A stretch of 32,000 bases of DNA from Bacillus subtilis subsp. subtilis str. 168 (lineage in GTDB: Bacteria > Bacillota > Bacilli > Bacillales > Bacillaceae). This document shows positions 1 to 11,019 of this stretch, piece after piece. The position numbers and the translations under genes were made by a program. The first letter of the stretch is position 1. Each line of letters begins with the position of its first letter. The stretch covers positions 2,880,001-2,912,000 of the forward strand of contig NC_000964.3 in the NCBI RefSeq assembly GCF_000009045.1, read 5' to 3'. The notes under the pieces were generated by a model, which was not told the origin of the DNA, made no database searches, and saw only the letters and a list, made by a program, of their open reading frames with translations.

Positions 1-469
1 TCGCGTGTTTGTCCCATTTACCTTTCGGGATCTTATCCGCCTTTGTAGCGATAACAATAACAGGAATGCCGTAATACTTTAAAAATTCATACATCTGTAC
101 ATCATCATTAGATGGCGCATGCCGCAAATCAACGATCTGCACCACAGCTTTTAATTCCTCGCGTGTCGTGATATAGGTTTCAATCATTCTGCCCCATGCT
201 TCACGCTCAGACTTTGACACTTTGGCAAAACCGTAGCCCGGCACATCCACAAAATGCAGCTCATCATTGATAATGTAGAAATTAAGCGTTTGTGTTTTTC
301 CCGGCTTTGATGACGTTCTCGCAAGATTTTTGCGATTGATTAATGAATTGATAAAAGACGATTTTCCTACGTTCGATCTTCCGGCCAATGCGATTTCCGG
401 AAGCCCCCCTTCAGGGTACTGTTCCGGTTTTACTGCACTGATCACGATTTCTGACTTTGTGACTTTCAT
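1..469 (-). CDS. engB: GTP-binding protein EngB/YsxC, N-terminal ~156 codons; the 3' end runs off the window start
   Basis: The minus-strand frame is open from the window edge to the ATG at 469-467. It translates as [38 protein letters not shown] (G1), DVPGYG (G3), ATKADK (G4). The ATG overlaps the lonA stop (ATGA, 466-469). It is absent from the ORF track only because the window truncates it. Confidence 0.93.
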   Translation of the reverse strand, partial: MKVTKSEIVISAVKPEQYPEGGLPEIALAGRSNVGKSSFINSLINRKNLARTSSKPGKTQTLNFYIINDELHFVDVPGYGFAKVSKSEREAWGRMIETYITTREELKAVVQIVDLRHAPSNDDVQMYEFLKYYGIPVIVIATKADKIPKGKWDKHA

Positions 470-2790
470 TTCTTCTCTCCTACTAAGGCATGTTCCAAAA
501 CCTCGTCTAAGTGGGACGCCAATATAAATGTCAGCCCCTCCCTGACGCTTTCCGGAATATCCTCTATATCTTTTTCATTATCTTTAGGCGCAATAATGGT
601 CGTTAATCCCGCTCTATGTGCGCCAAGCGCTTTTTCCTTTAAGCCGCCGATCGGCAGCACGCGCCCGCGAAGCGTGATTTCCCCAGTCATGCCGACTTCA
701 CGCGAAACCGCCCGTCCCGTTAAAGCAGAAACAAGCGCTGTTGCCATCGTAATACCGGCTGACGGACCATCTTTTGGCACCGCACCCTCTGGTACATGTA
801 TATGAATATCATACTTCTCATGAAAGTCAGGTTCAATGCCAAGTTCTTCTGTTTTGGATCGCACATAGCTGAATGCAGCCTGAGCAGACTCTCTCATAAC
901 ATCTCCGAGCTTTCCTGTCAGGATTAATTTCCCTTTTCCCGGTGAAAGCGATACTTCAATCGAAAGCGTATCTCCGCCAACGGTTGTATACGCAAGCCCT
1001 GTCACTACACCAACTTGATCCTCTGTTTCAGCTTGTCCATATCTGAAAATGCGTTTTCCGATAAAATCTTGAAGGTTCTTCTCAGTAACCGTAATTCGTT
1101 TTCGCTCTTCAGCAACAATGGCTTTTGCAGCTTTACGGCAAATTGCGGCAAGCTGGCGTTCAAGGCTTCTTACACCCGCTTCTCTCGTATAGTAACGAAT
1201 AATATCAAGAATCGCCTGATCACGCAGCTGAAGATTGCTTTTCTTCAGCCCGTGTTCTTTGATTTGCTTTGGAAGCAAGTGATCCTTTACAATTTCAAGT
1301 TTTTCTATTTCTGTGTAGCCTGCGATATTAATAATTTCCATTCTGTCTCTGAGCGGGCCCGGGATTGTGGCCAAATTGTTCGCCGTTGCGATAAACAGCA
1401 CTTTGGATAAATCAAAGGTTTCTTCAATATAGTGATCACTGAAGCTGCTGTTTTGCTCTGGATCAAGCACTTCAAGCATAGCGGATGATGGGTCTCCTCT
1501 AAAATCAGATGACATTTTGTCAATTTCGTCTAATAAGAAGACCGGATTCAGCTTGCCCGCTTTTTTCATCCCTTGAATAATACGTCCAGGCATTGCTCCG
1601 ACATAGGTCCGTCTGTGTCCGCGTATCTCTGATTCATCCCGAACTCCTCCGAGTGAGATTCTGACGAATTTGCGTCCCAAGCTTTTTGCAATTGATTTGG
1701 CTAAAGACGTTTTTCCGACACCTGGAGGTCCTGCCAAACAGAGAATCGGGCCTTTCAGGGATTTTGTCAGCTTCTGGACAGCCAAATATTCTAAAATACG
1801 TTCTTTTACTTTTTCAAGCCCGTGGTGCTCTTCGTCCAAGAGACGTCCTGCTTCTTTCAAATCAAGCTTATCATCTGTTTCATCCGTCCACGGAAGAGCA
1901 ACCAGCCAGTCGATATAGTTGCGGATCACAGAGCTTTCCGCAGAACTTGACGGAATTTTTTCATATCTGTTCAATTCTTTAAGCGCTGTTTCTTTCACAT
2001 GATCAGGCATGCCTGCTTCTTCGATTTTTTCCGTCAGCGTCTGAACTTCGCCAGTTTTGCCTTCTTTATCGCCAAGCTCTTTTTGGATCGCCTTCATTTG
2101 TTCACGCAAGTAGTATTCCTTCTGCGTACGCTCCATCGAACGTTTGACGCGCTGGCCGATTTTTTTCTCAATCTCCAGCACTTCTTTTTCATTATTAATA
2201 AAATCAATGACCTTGTTCAGCCTGTCTTTGACATCAGCCGTTTCTAAAATATCCTGCTTATCCTTTAGTTTAAGGGGCAGATGAGAAGCAACGATGTCTG
2301 CCATTCTCCCCGGCTCTTCGATATCAGTAACCGCAGCGTACGTTTCGGCCGAGATTTTTTTAGAAATTTTTATGTACTGATCAAAGTGGTCTAGCAAAGT
2401 CCGCATCAATGCTTCGTCTTCTGTATCTTTTGAATCATCTTCATGAATAAGTTGAATGTCAACCGACGTGTAATCCTCGTGTTCATTGTATTTGACGATA
2501 TGGGCGCGCTTGAGGCCCTCCACCAACACACGAATCGTACCGTTCGGAAGCTTCAGCATTTGCTTAATTTTTGTATAGGTGCCGACAGTGAAAATCTCGT
2601 CTTCACCAGGTTCGTCTATCGAAATATCCTGCTGAGTGGCTAAAAATATCATATGATCATGCATCATTGCCTGTTCAAGAGCCTGAACCGACTTGTCACG
2701 TCCTACATCTAAATGCAAAACCATCGTCGGGTACACTAATAAACCTCTTAAAGGGAGGAGCGGGATGCTGCGTTTTAATTCTTCTGCCAT
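466..2790 (-). CDS. lonA: ATP-dependent Lon protease LonA
   Basis: 774-aa ORF with a Lon N-domain, Walker [10 protein letters not shown], Walker B FLLDEIDK and the protease serine motif [20 protein letters not shown] Shine-Dalgarno lies 8 nt upstream of the ATG. Confidence 0.98.
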   Translation of the reverse strand: MAEELKRSIPLLPLRGLLVYPTMVLHLDVGRDKSVQALEQAMMHDHMIFLATQQDISIDEPGEDEIFTVGTYTKIKQMLKLPNGTIRVLVEGLKRAHIVKYNEHEDYTSVDIQLIHEDDSKDTEDEALMRTLLDHFDQYIKISKKISAETYAAVTDIEEPGRMADIVASHLPLKLKDKQDILETADVKDRLNKVIDFINNEKEVLEIEKKIGQRVKRSMERTQKEYYLREQMKAIQKELGDKEGKTGEVQTLTEKIEEAGMPDHVKETALKELNRYEKIPSSSAESSVIRNYIDWLVALPWTDETDDKLDLKEAGRLLDEEHHGLEKVKERILEYLAVQKLTKSLKGPILCLAGPPGVGKTSLAKSIAKSLGRKFVRISLGGVRDESEIRGHRRTYVGAMPGRIIQGMKKAGKLNPVFLLDEIDKMSSDFRGDPSSAMLEVLDPEQNSSFSDHYIEETFDLSKVLFIATANNLATIPGPLRDRMEIINIAGYTEIEKLEIVKDHLLPKQIKEHGLKKSNLQLRDQAILDIIRYYTREAGVRSLERQLAAICRKAAKAIVAEERKRITVTEKNLQDFIGKRIFRYGQAETEDQVGVVTGLAYTTVGGDTLSIEVSLSPGKGKLILTGKLGDVMRESAQAAFSYVRSKTEELGIEPDFHEKYDIHIHVPEGAVPKDGPSAGITMATALVSALTGRAVSREVGMTGEITLRGRVLPIGGLKEKALGAHRAGLTTIIAPKDNEKDIEDIPESVREGLTFILASHLDEVLEHALVGEKK

Positions 2791-2824
2791 GTGACTGACA
2801 CCTCCGTGACTTTAGTATGAACCA

Positions 2825-2854
2825 TTATAATACAACTTTTTCATCCTTGTACAA
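2825..2854 (-). promoter_or_regulatory. Candidate sigma-A promoter for lonA (-35 TTGTAC, 18-nt spacer, -10 TATAAT)
   Basis: On the minus strand, TATAAT is the reverse complement of 2825-2830 and TTGTAC of 2849-2854. The site is about 35 nt upstream of the lonA ATG. Hexamers read by eye only. Confidence 0.5.
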
Positions 2855-2943
2855 TAAACGGCATGGTTCCATTTTCTATAAAACAGTCTCCTCGTAGTAT
2901 ACCCTTTCTTTCTGATATGAAAAAGGAAAAGATGTCCTTCATG

Positions 2944-2973
2944 AAAAAAACCCTATTATCAAAATAGGGTTTA
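2944..2973 (-). terminator. Intrinsic terminator of lonB
   Basis: Minus strand AAACCCTATT-ttgat-AATAGGGTTT followed by a T-run. The stem overlaps the lonB stop codon. Confidence 0.8.
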
Positions 2974-4629
2974 AACGGATTCTTTATTGATTTCGATATG
3001 AAACGGTTTTTGTTCCGTTGGCGGATTCACCAAAATTTCATCAAGCACTTCTTGGAACGTCTTCACTGCAATAATCTCGATCCCGTCAATCTGCTTTAAG
3101 ATGGCCTGCTGATTTTCATATGGGATAATCACCTTTTTCGCACCGGACTGCTTGGCCGCTTTTATTTTCGGAATGACGCCTCCGATGGGTTTCACAAGAC
3201 CGTTCAGGCTGATTTCGCCCGTCATCGCAACGGTATTGTCAATAGGAATTTTGTGTATCGCCGAGAAAATCCCCGCCGCCATCGCAATGCCTGCTGACGG
3301 CCCATCAATCGGAATCCCTCCTGGGAAATTGATGTGAATATCATAATCAGAAGGCTTCATTCCCATTGTCCGGAGCACGGTTAATACATTTTCAACCGAA
3401 CCCTTCGCCATGCTTTTTCGCCTGATCGATTTTGATTGGCTGCCGATGCTTTCTTCTTCAGCTATTCCTGTGATGTTAATTGATCCTTTATCTTGAGCCG
3501 CGGTTACACTTACTTCGATTTCCAGAAGCGATCCGCTGTTAGGCCCATAGACTGCAAGCCCATTTACAATGCCAACCTGTGGTTCAACACCGATTTTTTG
3601 CTCGTGCTTTGGAGTAAGCTGACTGGAGTGAATGACCCATTCAATATCCTCAATCGTAATGTCCTTTCGATTCTCCGTTACAGCCATCCCCGCTGCGATT
3701 TGAATCATATTGACGGCTTCCCGCCCGTTCCGCGTGTAGCTGGTCAAAAGATCCAGTCCTTCTTCGGAGATATTTTTTTCAATTTTATCCGCTGCTGTTT
3801 TGGCAACCGTTTTCAGCTCGTCCTTTTCAAGCTCGCGGAAAAAAACCTCCAAACAGCGGGACCGGATAGCTGGCGGAATTTCGTTTGGCATTCTCGTGGT
3901 CGCGCCAATCAAGCGAAAATCAGCCGGCAGCCCATTTTGAAAAATATCATGAATATGATTCGGAATTTGTGTATTTTCCTCACTGTAATACGCACTGTCT
4001 AAAAAGACTTTTCTGTCCTCAAGCACCTTCAGCATTTTATTCATTTGAATAGGATGCAGCTCCCCTATTTCATCAATAAACAGCACACCGCCATGGGCAT
4101 GGGTGACAGCTCCCTGCTTCGGCTGCGGAATCCCAGCCTGTCCCATCGCTCCGGCCCCTTGGTATATCGGGTCATGGACAGAGCCGATGAGCGGATCGGC
4201 AATTCCTCTTTCATCAAAACGGGCTGTTGTCGCATCGAGTTCCACAAAGACAGCCTGCTCTTTAAACGGTGATTGTTTATGTTTTTTTGCTTCTTCCAAC
4301 ACAAGCCGCGCAGCAGCCGTTTTCCCAACTCCCGGTGGCCCATAGACAATCACATGCTGAGGATTTGGCCCGCATAAAGCCGCCTTTAATGCTTTAATGC
4401 CGTCTTCCTGTCCGACGATATCTTTAAAGCTTTTGGGGCGGACCTTCTCAGATAATGGCTCGGACAAGCTGATAGCGCGCATTTTCCGAAGCTGCTCCAT
4501 TTCCTTCTTTGATTCTTTATCTATCGTGACCTTTTGTGTCCTTTGATTTTTAAGCAAATTCCAAAAATACAAACCGATGATGATCCCAAAAAACAGCTGA
4601 ATAAATAACGCGATCCCTGTCCAACTCAT
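2971..4629 (-). CDS. lonB: Lon-like ATP-dependent protease LonB (membrane-anchored, sporulation-associated)
   Basis: 552-aa ORF with an N-terminal hydrophobic segment (WTGIALFIQLFFGIIIGLYFW), Walker [13 protein letters not shown] and the Lon protease motif IDGPSAGIAMAAG. Confidence 0.97.
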   Translation of the reverse strand: MSWTGIALFIQLFFGIIIGLYFWNLLKNQRTQKVTIDKESKKEMEQLRKMRAISLSEPLSEKVRPKSFKDIVGQEDGIKALKAALCGPNPQHVIVYGPPGVGKTAAARLVLEEAKKHKQSPFKEQAVFVELDATTARFDERGIADPLIGSVHDPIYQGAGAMGQAGIPQPKQGAVTHAHGGVLFIDEIGELHPIQMNKMLKVLEDRKVFLDSAYYSEENTQIPNHIHDIFQNGLPADFRLIGATTRMPNEIPPAIRSRCLEVFFRELEKDELKTVAKTAADKIEKNISEEGLDLLTSYTRNGREAVNMIQIAAGMAVTENRKDITIEDIEWVIHSSQLTPKHEQKIGVEPQVGIVNGLAVYGPNSGSLLEIEVSVTAAQDKGSINITGIAEEESIGSQSKSIRRKSMAKGSVENVLTVLRTMGMKPSDYDIHINFPGGIPIDGPSAGIAMAAGIFSAIHKIPIDNTVAMTGEISLNGLVKPIGGVIPKIKAAKQSGAKKVIIPYENQQAILKQIDGIEIIAVKTFQEVLDEILVNPPTEQKPFHIEINKESV

Positions 4630-4734
4630 GGTGGTCCCTCCTGAAAAACAATTTATGTATCCAATTCATTCCTCTGATTGCTAGTATCTCCCATAGAAGA
4701 CGGGAATAAACGTTTTTCCGGAAGAGTTGCATGC

Positions 4735-4770
4735 AAAAAAACCTCCTGAGTGTTACCACTCAGGAGGTTT
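4735..4770 (-). terminator. Intrinsic terminator of clpX
   Basis: Minus strand AACCTCCTGAGTG-gtaa-CACTCAGGAGGTT (13-bp stem) followed by TTTTTTG. It lies 10 nt after the clpX stop. Confidence 0.9.
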
Positions 4771-4780
4771 GTGCTTATCT

Positions 4781-6043
4781 TTATGCAGATGTTTTATCTT
4801 GGCTTACCTCAGTGCCGTCTTTTAATAAGAGGCGAGGAGGCTCTCCGTGTGTCACAGTTGCCCCGGTGATTACACATTTTTCAATGTCATCACGAGAAGG
4901 CAGCTCAAACATCACATCAAGCATGATGCCTTCAATGATAGAACGGAGTCCGCGTGCTCCAGTCTTGCGTTCAATTGCTTTTTTAGCAATTTCAGAAAGC
5001 GCTTCTTCTTCAAACTCAAGCTCAACGTTGTCAAGCTCAAGCATTTTCTTGAATTGCTTAACAAGAGCGTTTTTCGGTTTTGTTAAGATCGCAACCAATG
5101 CTTCTTCGTCAAGCTTTTCAAGGCTTGCAATAACCGGAAGACGTCCGATAAATTCAGGAATTAACCCGAAACGGAGCAAATCTTCTGGAAGCACTTTTGA
5201 AAGAAGATCTTCTTTCTCAAGATCAGCAGCTTTATTGTCGGCACCGAATCCAATCACTTTTTGGCCTAAACGGCGTTTGATGATTTGTTCGATACCATCG
5301 AAAGCTCCGCCGCAAATGAACAAAATATTTGTTGTGTCAATTTGAATGAATTCTTGATGAGGATGCTTACGTCCACCTTGAGGCGGTACGCTTGCCACTG
5401 TACCCTCAAGAATTTTAAGCAATGCCTGCTGTACACCCTCACCTGACACATCACGTGTGATAGACGGGTTTTCAGATTTTCTAGCCACTTTATCGATTTC
5501 ATCAATATAGATAATGCCTTTTTCGGCTTTTTCCACATCATAATCAGCAGCTTGGATGAGCTTCAAGAGAATATTCTCTACATCTTCACCCACGTATCCA
5601 GCTTCAGTCAAAGATGTAGCGTCCGCAATCGCAAACGGCACATTTAAAATGCGAGCCAATGTTTGCGCCAGAAGGGTTTTACCGCTTCCCGTAGGGCCGA
5701 TTAATGAAATATTACTTTTTGAAAGCTCAACATCATCAACTTTGCTGTTGGAGTTAATGCGCTTATAGTGGTTATACACAGCAACAGCAAGTGATTTCTT
5801 CGCTTGATCTTGGCCGATGACATATTCATTCAAAATTTCGCGAATTTCCTGAGGCTTTGGTACGTCTTTAAATTCTACTTCTTCTTCTGTTCCGAGTTCT
5901 TCCTCTACAATTTCAGTGCAGAGTTCGATACATTCGTCACATATATATACACCAGGTCCAGCTACAAGCTTACGAACCTGATCTTGTGTTTTTCCACAGA
6001 ACGAGCATTTTAATTGTCCTTTTTCCTCGTTAAATTTAAACAT
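4781..6043 (-). CDS. clpX: ATP-dependent Clp protease ATP-binding subunit ClpX
   Basis: Starts at [18 protein letters not shown] (zinc-ribbon CxxC...CxxC) with Walker A GPTGSGKT. The ATG at 6043 is preceded by AAGGGGTGA. The 35 extra upstream codons in the ORF track have no SD and are not ClpX-like. Confidence 0.97.
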
Positions 6044-6129
6044 TCTTTCACCCCTTAATCTTGTCTCACTTTTTCTTTTACCGGCAGAGCAAAAGAAAAT
6101 GATTCTTGAAACGAACGAGTATGTATTGC

Positions 6130-6159
6130 ATTTTACCATACTTTCCAAAAAGACGGTAA
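6130..6159 (-). promoter_or_regulatory. Candidate sigma-A promoter for clpX with extended -10 (TGgTAAAAT; weak -35 TTACCG, 18-nt spacer)
   Basis: TAAAAT is the reverse complement of 6130-6135, with TG at 6137-6138. TTACCG is the reverse complement of 6154-6159. The site is about 85 nt upstream of the clpX ATG. Confidence 0.45.
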
Positions 6160-6253
6160 CAATGTGTTTCTGACTTGCACATTCTATATGTATGACAAAA
6201 AACAGCCCTGCATTAACTATATTGCCCCAAGAAAAAGAGATAACTCATAATTG

Positions 6254-6288
6254 TACAAAACAAGGCACGAATGATTCGCGCCCTGTTT
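6254..6288 (-). terminator. Intrinsic terminator of tig
   Basis: Minus strand ACAGGGCGCG-aatcatt-CGTGCCTTGT (10 bp including two G-U pairs) followed by TTTTGT. Confidence 0.6.
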
Positions 6289-6314
6289 TATTAGTACTAT
6301 TATTATGCACCATA

Positions 6315-7589
6315 TTAACGGTTTTCTACAAGAAAATCAATTGCTTTGCGAACTTTTAAATCTTCTTTCATCGCGTCAGTAGAACCGATGGCTTGTTTAA
6401 TATTTTCAACAGGCATGTTGTATGCTTCAGCCATTTTTGTAAGCTCAGCATCAACTTCCTCATCTGATACTTCAAGGTTTTCCGCTTTCGCAATCGCCTC
6501 AAGAGTCAGGTTAGATTTTACGCGTTTTTCAGCATCTTCTTTCATTTGCTCTTTAAGCGCAGCTTCATCTTGGCCTGAGAATTGAGTGTAAAGCTCAAGG
6601 TTCATGCCTTGCATTTGCAGACGCTGTTCGAATTCTTTCAGCATGCGGTCAAGCTCAGTGTCGACCATTGCTTGAGGCACATCGATTTCAGCATTTTCAG
6701 AAGCTTTCAGAACAAGCTCTTCACGCAATTTAGCGTCAGCTTCGTTTTCTTTTGCTTCTTCTAAACGTTTCTTTGTTTTTTCAGTTAATTCAGCAAGTGT
6801 TTCCACTTCTTCATCGATATCTTTTGCGAATTCATCGTCAAGCTCAGGAAGCTCTTTCGCTTTGATTTCGTGAATTTTCACTTTAAACACAGCTGGTTTG
6901 CCTGCAAGATCTTCAGCGTGGTACTCCTCAGGGAATGTCACTTCAACATCCTTCTCAGCACCTGCTTCAAGGCCAACTAATTGATCTTCGAAGCCAGGGA
7001 TGAATGAACCAGAACCTACTTCTAGAGAGTAGTTTTCAGCTTTTCCGCCTTCGAAAGCTTCGCCGTCAACGAATCCTTCGAAATCAAGAACAACTGTGTT
7101 TCCTTCTTCAACGGCGCCTTCTTCTTTTACAACAAGCTCAGCTTGACGCTCTTGAAGGGCTTTTAGTTCGTTTTGAACATCTTCGTCAGTTACAGTTGTG
7201 TCGTCTTTTTCAATGCCCAGGCCTTTGTATTCGCCAAGCTTCACTTCAGGTTTTACTGTTACTTTCGCAGTGAAGATTAAGCTTTCGCCTTTTTCGATTT
7301 TTTCAACATCGATTTCAGGACGGTCTACAGGCTCGATTCCAGCTTCTTCAACCGCTTTAGGGTATTCTACAGGAAGAAGAATATCCAAAGCATCTTGGTA
7401 AAGAGCTTCTACGCCAAAGCGCTGTTCGAATAATCCGCGAGGAATTTTACCTTTACGGAATCCAGGAATTGAAACTTGTTTTACTACTTTTTTAAATGCA
7501 TCATCAAGTGCTGTTTTAAACGTTTCAGCATCAACTTCAACCGTTAAAACGCCTTCGTTGCCTTCTTGTTTTTCCCATTTTACAGACAT
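6315..7589 (-). CDS. tig: Trigger factor (ribosome-associated peptidyl-prolyl isomerase/chaperone)
   Basis: 424-aa acidic ORF with the ribosome-binding signature GFRKGKIP near the N-terminus and an FKBP-like middle domain. A GGAGGG SD lies upstream. Confidence 0.98.
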   Translation of the reverse strand: MSVKWEKQEGNEGVLTVEVDAETFKTALDDAFKKVVKQVSIPGFRKGKIPRGLFEQRFGVEALYQDALDILLPVEYPKAVEEAGIEPVDRPEIDVEKIEKGESLIFTAKVTVKPEVKLGEYKGLGIEKDDTTVTDEDVQNELKALQERQAELVVKEEGAVEEGNTVVLDFEGFVDGEAFEGGKAENYSLEVGSGSFIPGFEDQLVGLEAGAEKDVEVTFPEEYHAEDLAGKPAVFKVKIHEIKAKELPELDDEFAKDIDEEVETLAELTEKTKKRLEEAKENEADAKLREELVLKASENAEIDVPQAMVDTELDRMLKEFEQRLQMQGMNLELYTQFSGQDEAALKEQMKEDAEKRVKSNLTLEAIAKAENLEVSDEEVDAELTKMAEAYNMPVENIKQAIGSTDAMKEDLKVRKAIDFLVENR

Positions 7590-7631
7590 GTGTTTCCCTC
7601 CAAAAATCTATTCAGGTTGTGTCGGTCTTCC

Positions 7632-7661
7632 ATTCTAAAGCAATCATTCGGCTTCGTCCAA
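7632..7661 (-). promoter_or_regulatory. Candidate proximal sigma-A promoter for tig (-35 TTGGAC, 18 nt, -10 TAGAAT)
   Basis: Hexamers read on the minus strand, about 40 nt upstream of the tig ATG. Confidence 0.4.
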
Positions 7662-7774
7662 CAAAAACAAAGCTGCCAAAGATCAGAATCATTATGTATA
7701 GATGTTAATAATGAACTGCAAAGCCTGTCCAACCGTATTTCTTATAACCCGTTATACACAAATACAACCACTAT

Positions 7775-7802
7775 ATTATAACATAACACATAGCGCTTTC
7801 AA
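7775..7802 (-). promoter_or_regulatory. Candidate distal sigma-A promoter (-35 TTGAAA, 16 nt, extended -10 TGTTATAAT) directed toward tig
   Basis: Near-consensus hexamers on the minus strand, immediately after the ysoA stop. It would give a leader of about 180 nt. Confidence 0.45.
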
Positions 7803-7816
7803 CTATATGGCGCGAT

Positions 7817-8821
7817 TTACAAATAAGAAATTTCTTCAATATCTTTTAACATTGTGCAAGCTTCATCGAGTTCTCTGTCTGTAAATTCATACATCATATG
7901 AAGTTCTTCGCTTTCAATTTCAATCCCGTGCATCTCGTAACCGACTTTATGAAGGGCAGCCGCCCAAAGGTCAGCCGACAGCAATTTCGGCTGGAACGGA
8001 TATAAAACGTACAAATGTCTTCTCCACAATTCTTCTACTGCTGCATATAAGGTTGGATTTTCATTTCCAAGTGTCTCATCTAGCACCCTGAGAACACGGT
8101 GAAGAATCGGCGCGGCATCAGGCGGAACAATCTCTGACGGTTCAATTGTCAACGACTCGCCAAATTTACTAATGTGTACAGGTTTACTGTACTCATGCTC
8201 AGCCAACAGCATGACAATCATCGTTTTGATAATCGGATGGGCTGAGGGGTCTTGGAGGATTGTTTTGAGCAATCCTGTATACTTTGCTACGTTACGGTCT
8301 TTTAAGGAATGAATGAGATTCATTTGCTCCTCAGGGCTTGCCAGCACTTTCTCGGTGTCAATTGTATCCTCATATTCTTCGGCCCAAGCCTCGTCCTCAC
8401 GATCCGGATCGGTCATTTTCCGGCTGAAATCCAGCAGCTTATAAAATTGCTCGGCACTTTCTGCCGGCAGCTGATTTTCTTCCAAAACGGCTTCAATGGT
8501 GCTTTTGACTTCTTCGTACTTTTTGAGCTGAATTAAGATGGTCATGTACACCTGCAAAACCGTAAAATAATGGCCATAACCTTCTTTGAGCATCTTCTCG
8601 CACACGCTTTCTGCCTCTTCCAGCTCGCCCAGCTCTAAAAAGCAGATGGCCATCCCTAAGTGAAGATCGGATTCAGTATCATCATATTTCATCGCTTCTG
8701 AAAACAGTTCAAGCGCTTCTTGATACTTTTTTTCCTTGAGTGATGACATCCCTTTTTCCACAAGGCGGTCTTTCAGATGAGGAAAAGGAATAATTTTTGC
8801 GTTTTTCTTGTCATGCGTCAT
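7817..8821 (-). CDS. ysoA: TPR-repeat protein YsoA (function unknown)
   Basis: The ORF is open to 8842, but the ATG at 8821 (MTHDKKNAKIIPFP) has a GAAAGGA SD 7 nt upstream and the upstream ATG has none. TPR-like helical repeats are present (KKYQEALELFSEAMKY..., LGELEEAESVCEKML). Confidence 0.9.
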   Translation of the reverse strand: MTHDKKNAKIIPFPHLKDRLVEKGMSSLKEKKYQEALELFSEAMKYDDTESDLHLGMAICFLELGELEEAESVCEKMLKEGYGHYFTVLQVYMTILIQLKKYEEVKSTIEAVLEENQLPAESAEQFYKLLDFSRKMTDPDREDEAWAEEYEDTIDTEKVLASPEEQMNLIHSLKDRNVAKYTGLLKTILQDPSAHPIIKTMIVMLLAEHEYSKPVHISKFGESLTIEPSEIVPPDAAPILHRVLRVLDETLGNENPTLYAAVEELWRRHLYVLYPFQPKLLSADLWAAALHKVGYEMHGIEIESEELHMMYEFTDRELDEACTMLKDIEEISYL

Positions 8822-8904
8822 ACCTATATTCCTTTCAGGCATTTATTTTGTTCAAGTGTATCAACACCTGTGAACAAAAACAAGAAATGAAAGGTTTCAC
8901 CAGG

Positions 8905-8940
8905 CAAAAAAAGCCGCCGGACAAATACCGGCCGCTTTTT
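8905..8940 (-). terminator. Intrinsic terminator ending the ilv-leu operon
   Basis: Minus strand AGCGGCCGG-tatttgt-CCGGCGGCT followed by TTTTTTT, immediately after the leuD stop. Confidence 0.85.
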
Positions 8941-9539
8941 CAGGCTTGAAGCCAAGAGCTTCTTTGTGATTCAAATTGCTTGATTTCATCTTCCAGCAGC
9001 AGCGTTAATGAAATTTCATCATATCCGTTGATCAGCATCTCTTTCCAATGCGGATCAACTTCAAATGAAATTTGATTGCCTTCACTGTCATGAATCAGCT
9101 GATTTTCAAGGTCAACAGTCATTTGCAATGACTGGTTTTCATACTGGCCGACAAGCTGTTTCCAATTGTCATATGGCATGCGGATCGGAAGCATGCCGTT
9201 TTTAAAGCAGTTCTGATGGAAAATATCAGCGAATGACGGCGCAATGATAATTTTAAACCCATAATCATCAAGTGCCCACGGAGCGTGTTCACGCGATGAC
9301 CCGCAGCCGAAGTTTTCTCCTGCTATTAAAATGGAAGCTCCTTGATAAACAGGCTGGTTTAATTCAAATTCAGGGTTCGGTTCACCATTCGCATCATATC
9401 TCCAGTCAAAGAATGCAAAACGTCCGTAGCCTGTTCTTTCAATCCTCTTCAAAAATTGCTTAGGAATAATCTGGTCTGTATCCACATTGATCCGATTTAA
9501 TACGGCTGCTTTCCCCGTATGTGATTTCAAAGGTTCCAT
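8940..9539 (-). CDS. leuD: 3-isopropylmalate dehydratase small subunit
   Basis: Starts at MEPLKSHTGKAAVL with AAGGAG 8 nt upstream. The GENFGCGSSREHA motif is present. It sits directly downstream of leuC. Confidence 0.97.
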   Translation of the reverse strand: MEPLKSHTGKAAVLNRINVDTDQIIPKQFLKRIERTGYGRFAFFDWRYDANGEPNPEFELNQPVYQGASILIAGENFGCGSSREHAPWALDDYGFKIIIAPSFADIFHQNCFKNGMLPIRMPYDNWKQLVGQYENQSLQMTVDLENQLIHDSEGNQISFEVDPHWKEMLINGYDEISLTLLLEDEIKQFESQRSSWLQA

Positions 9540-9551
9540 CTCGCGCACTCC

Positions 9552-10970
9552 TTACACAACTGTTTTTTCCTGATAAAACTTTCTGACATCAACGAAGTGT
9601 CCGTGAATGGCAGCCATCGCAGCCATTGCCGGGCTGACGAGATGTGTTCTTGCACCTTTTCCTTGTCTGCCCTCGAAGTTGCGGTTAGAGGTTGATGCAC
9701 AGCGCTCTCCCTCAGGAACAACATCATTATTCATACTCAAACACATGCTGCAGCCTGACTCTCTCCATTCAAATCCAGCTTCCAAGAAAATCTGGTCAAG
9801 CCCTTCTTTTTCAGCCTGAAGCTTCACGCTTTGGGATCCGGGCACGACGATGGCCCTTACGCTGTCAGCTACCTTCTTCCCTTTGATCATGTCAGCAGCC
9901 TGTCGAAGGTCAGTCATGCGGGAATTTGTGCAGGAACCGATAAATACGTGCTCCACTTTAATGTCTTCAATTTTTTGGTGAGGAGTCAATCCCATATATT
10001 CATAAGCACGAATCGCTTCTTTTTTATCGTCTTCTGCAGAAAAGCTTTCCGGCGCAGGAACTTCAGAATCGACAGGAAGAACCATTCCCGGGTTAATGCC
10101 CCATGTCACCATAGGGGAAATTTTGTTGCCGTCAAGGACGATAGATTTATCGTAAACAGCGCCCGGGTCTGTGCGCAGCGCCTTCCATTCCTCTACGGCC
10201 TTGTCAAATTCTTCGCCTTTTGGCGTGTACTTGCGATTTTTGCAATATTCAAACGTCACCTCGTCAGGTGCAATCAAACCTGCTCTTGCTCCTGCTTCAA
10301 TTGACATGTTACAAACAGTCATTCGTTCATCCATCGTCATATTTCTGAATACTTCCCCAGTGTATTCAATGACGTAGCCTGTGCCGAATTTCACACCGTA
10401 TTTGCCGATGACAGCAAGGATGACATCCTTTGCCGTTACCCCTTTTTGAAGCGTTCCATCTACGCGCACTTCAAGTGTTTTTGGACGCTGCTGCCAAAGT
10501 GTCTGTGTGGAAAGGACATGTTCAACTTCACTCGTCCCGATTCCAAATGCAAGAGCGCCGAAAGCGCCATGTGTTGATGTATGACTGTCACCGCACACAA
10601 TCGTTTTCCCTGGAAGCGTTAAGCCTAGTTCAGGTCCGACGACATGGACAATCCCTTGATCCACACTGTGAAGATCGGCAAGGCGCACGCCAAATTCCTC
10701 ACAGTTTCTTTCAAGCGCCGTTACCTGGCGTTTCGCAACTTCATCCTTTATCTCAAAACGATTGACAGTCGGGATGTTGTGGTCCATTGTCGCAAATGTG
10801 TTTTGGGGTCTTCTGACCTTTCTTCCCTTTTGTCTCAAGCCTTCAAATGCCTGAGGAGACGTCACCTCATGAATGAGGTGCAAATCAATATAGAGAAGAT
10901 CCGGCTTTCCCTCACCATGTTTTACAATATGCTGATCCCAAATCTTTTCGATGATTGTTCGAGGCATCAT
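9552..10970 (-). CDS. leuC: 3-isopropylmalate dehydratase large subunit
   Basis: 472-aa aconitase-family ORF with Fe-S ligand regions ([15 protein letters not shown]). Confidence 0.98.
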   Translation of the reverse strand: MMPRTIIEKIWDQHIVKHGEGKPDLLYIDLHLIHEVTSPQAFEGLRQKGRKVRRPQNTFATMDHNIPTVNRFEIKDEVAKRQVTALERNCEEFGVRLADLHSVDQGIVHVVGPELGLTLPGKTIVCGDSHTSTHGAFGALAFGIGTSEVEHVLSTQTLWQQRPKTLEVRVDGTLQKGVTAKDVILAVIGKYGVKFGTGYVIEYTGEVFRNMTMDERMTVCNMSIEAGARAGLIAPDEVTFEYCKNRKYTPKGEEFDKAVEEWKALRTDPGAVYDKSIVLDGNKISPMVTWGINPGMVLPVDSEVPAPESFSAEDDKKEAIRAYEYMGLTPHQKIEDIKVEHVFIGSCTNSRMTDLRQAADMIKGKKVADSVRAIVVPGSQSVKLQAEKEGLDQIFLEAGFEWRESGCSMCLSMNNDVVPEGERCASTSNRNFEGRQGKGARTHLVSPAMAAMAAIHGHFVDVRKFYQEKTVV

Positions 10971-11019
10971 CTTTTATTTCCTCCCTCTACCTAGAGCTAA
11001 GACCGCTTAACGTAAGCTG

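Noticed and set aside
2918-2968. 16-codon plus-strand mini-ORF (MKKEKMSFMKKTLLSK), plus a 15-codon minus-strand mini-ORF near 2860-2900, in the lonB-lonA spacer
   Set aside because: Neither has a properly spaced SD. The first overlaps the lonB terminator stem and the second overlaps the lonA promoter. Both are most likely chance ORFs.
3493-4002. 169-aa plus-strand ORF
   Set aside because: It is antisense to lonB, has no SD and resembles no recognisable protein. It is a shadow frame.
4630-4735. Search for the forespore (sigma-F-type) promoter expected for lonB
   Set aside because: I could find only poorly spaced partial matches (GCATG ... GGAAAAACG), so I do not report a site.
4731-5345. 204-aa Ser-rich plus-strand ORF
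   Set aside because: It lies entirely antisense to clpX, has low-complexity composition typical of a shadow ORF, and has no SD or promoter.
6044-6148. 35-codon N-terminal extension of clpX in the ORF track
   Set aside because: The upstream ATG has no SD. The extension is not ClpX-like and would overlap the candidate promoter and leader. The ATG at 6043 has a good SD and begins the conserved zinc-ribbon.
9831-10304. 157-aa plus-strand ORF
   Set aside because: It is antisense to leuC, has no initiation signals and is a shadow frame. The same reasoning applies to the other short ORFs in the track nested inside lonA, leuA-D, ilvB/C, sdhA/B, rph, gerM and racE.
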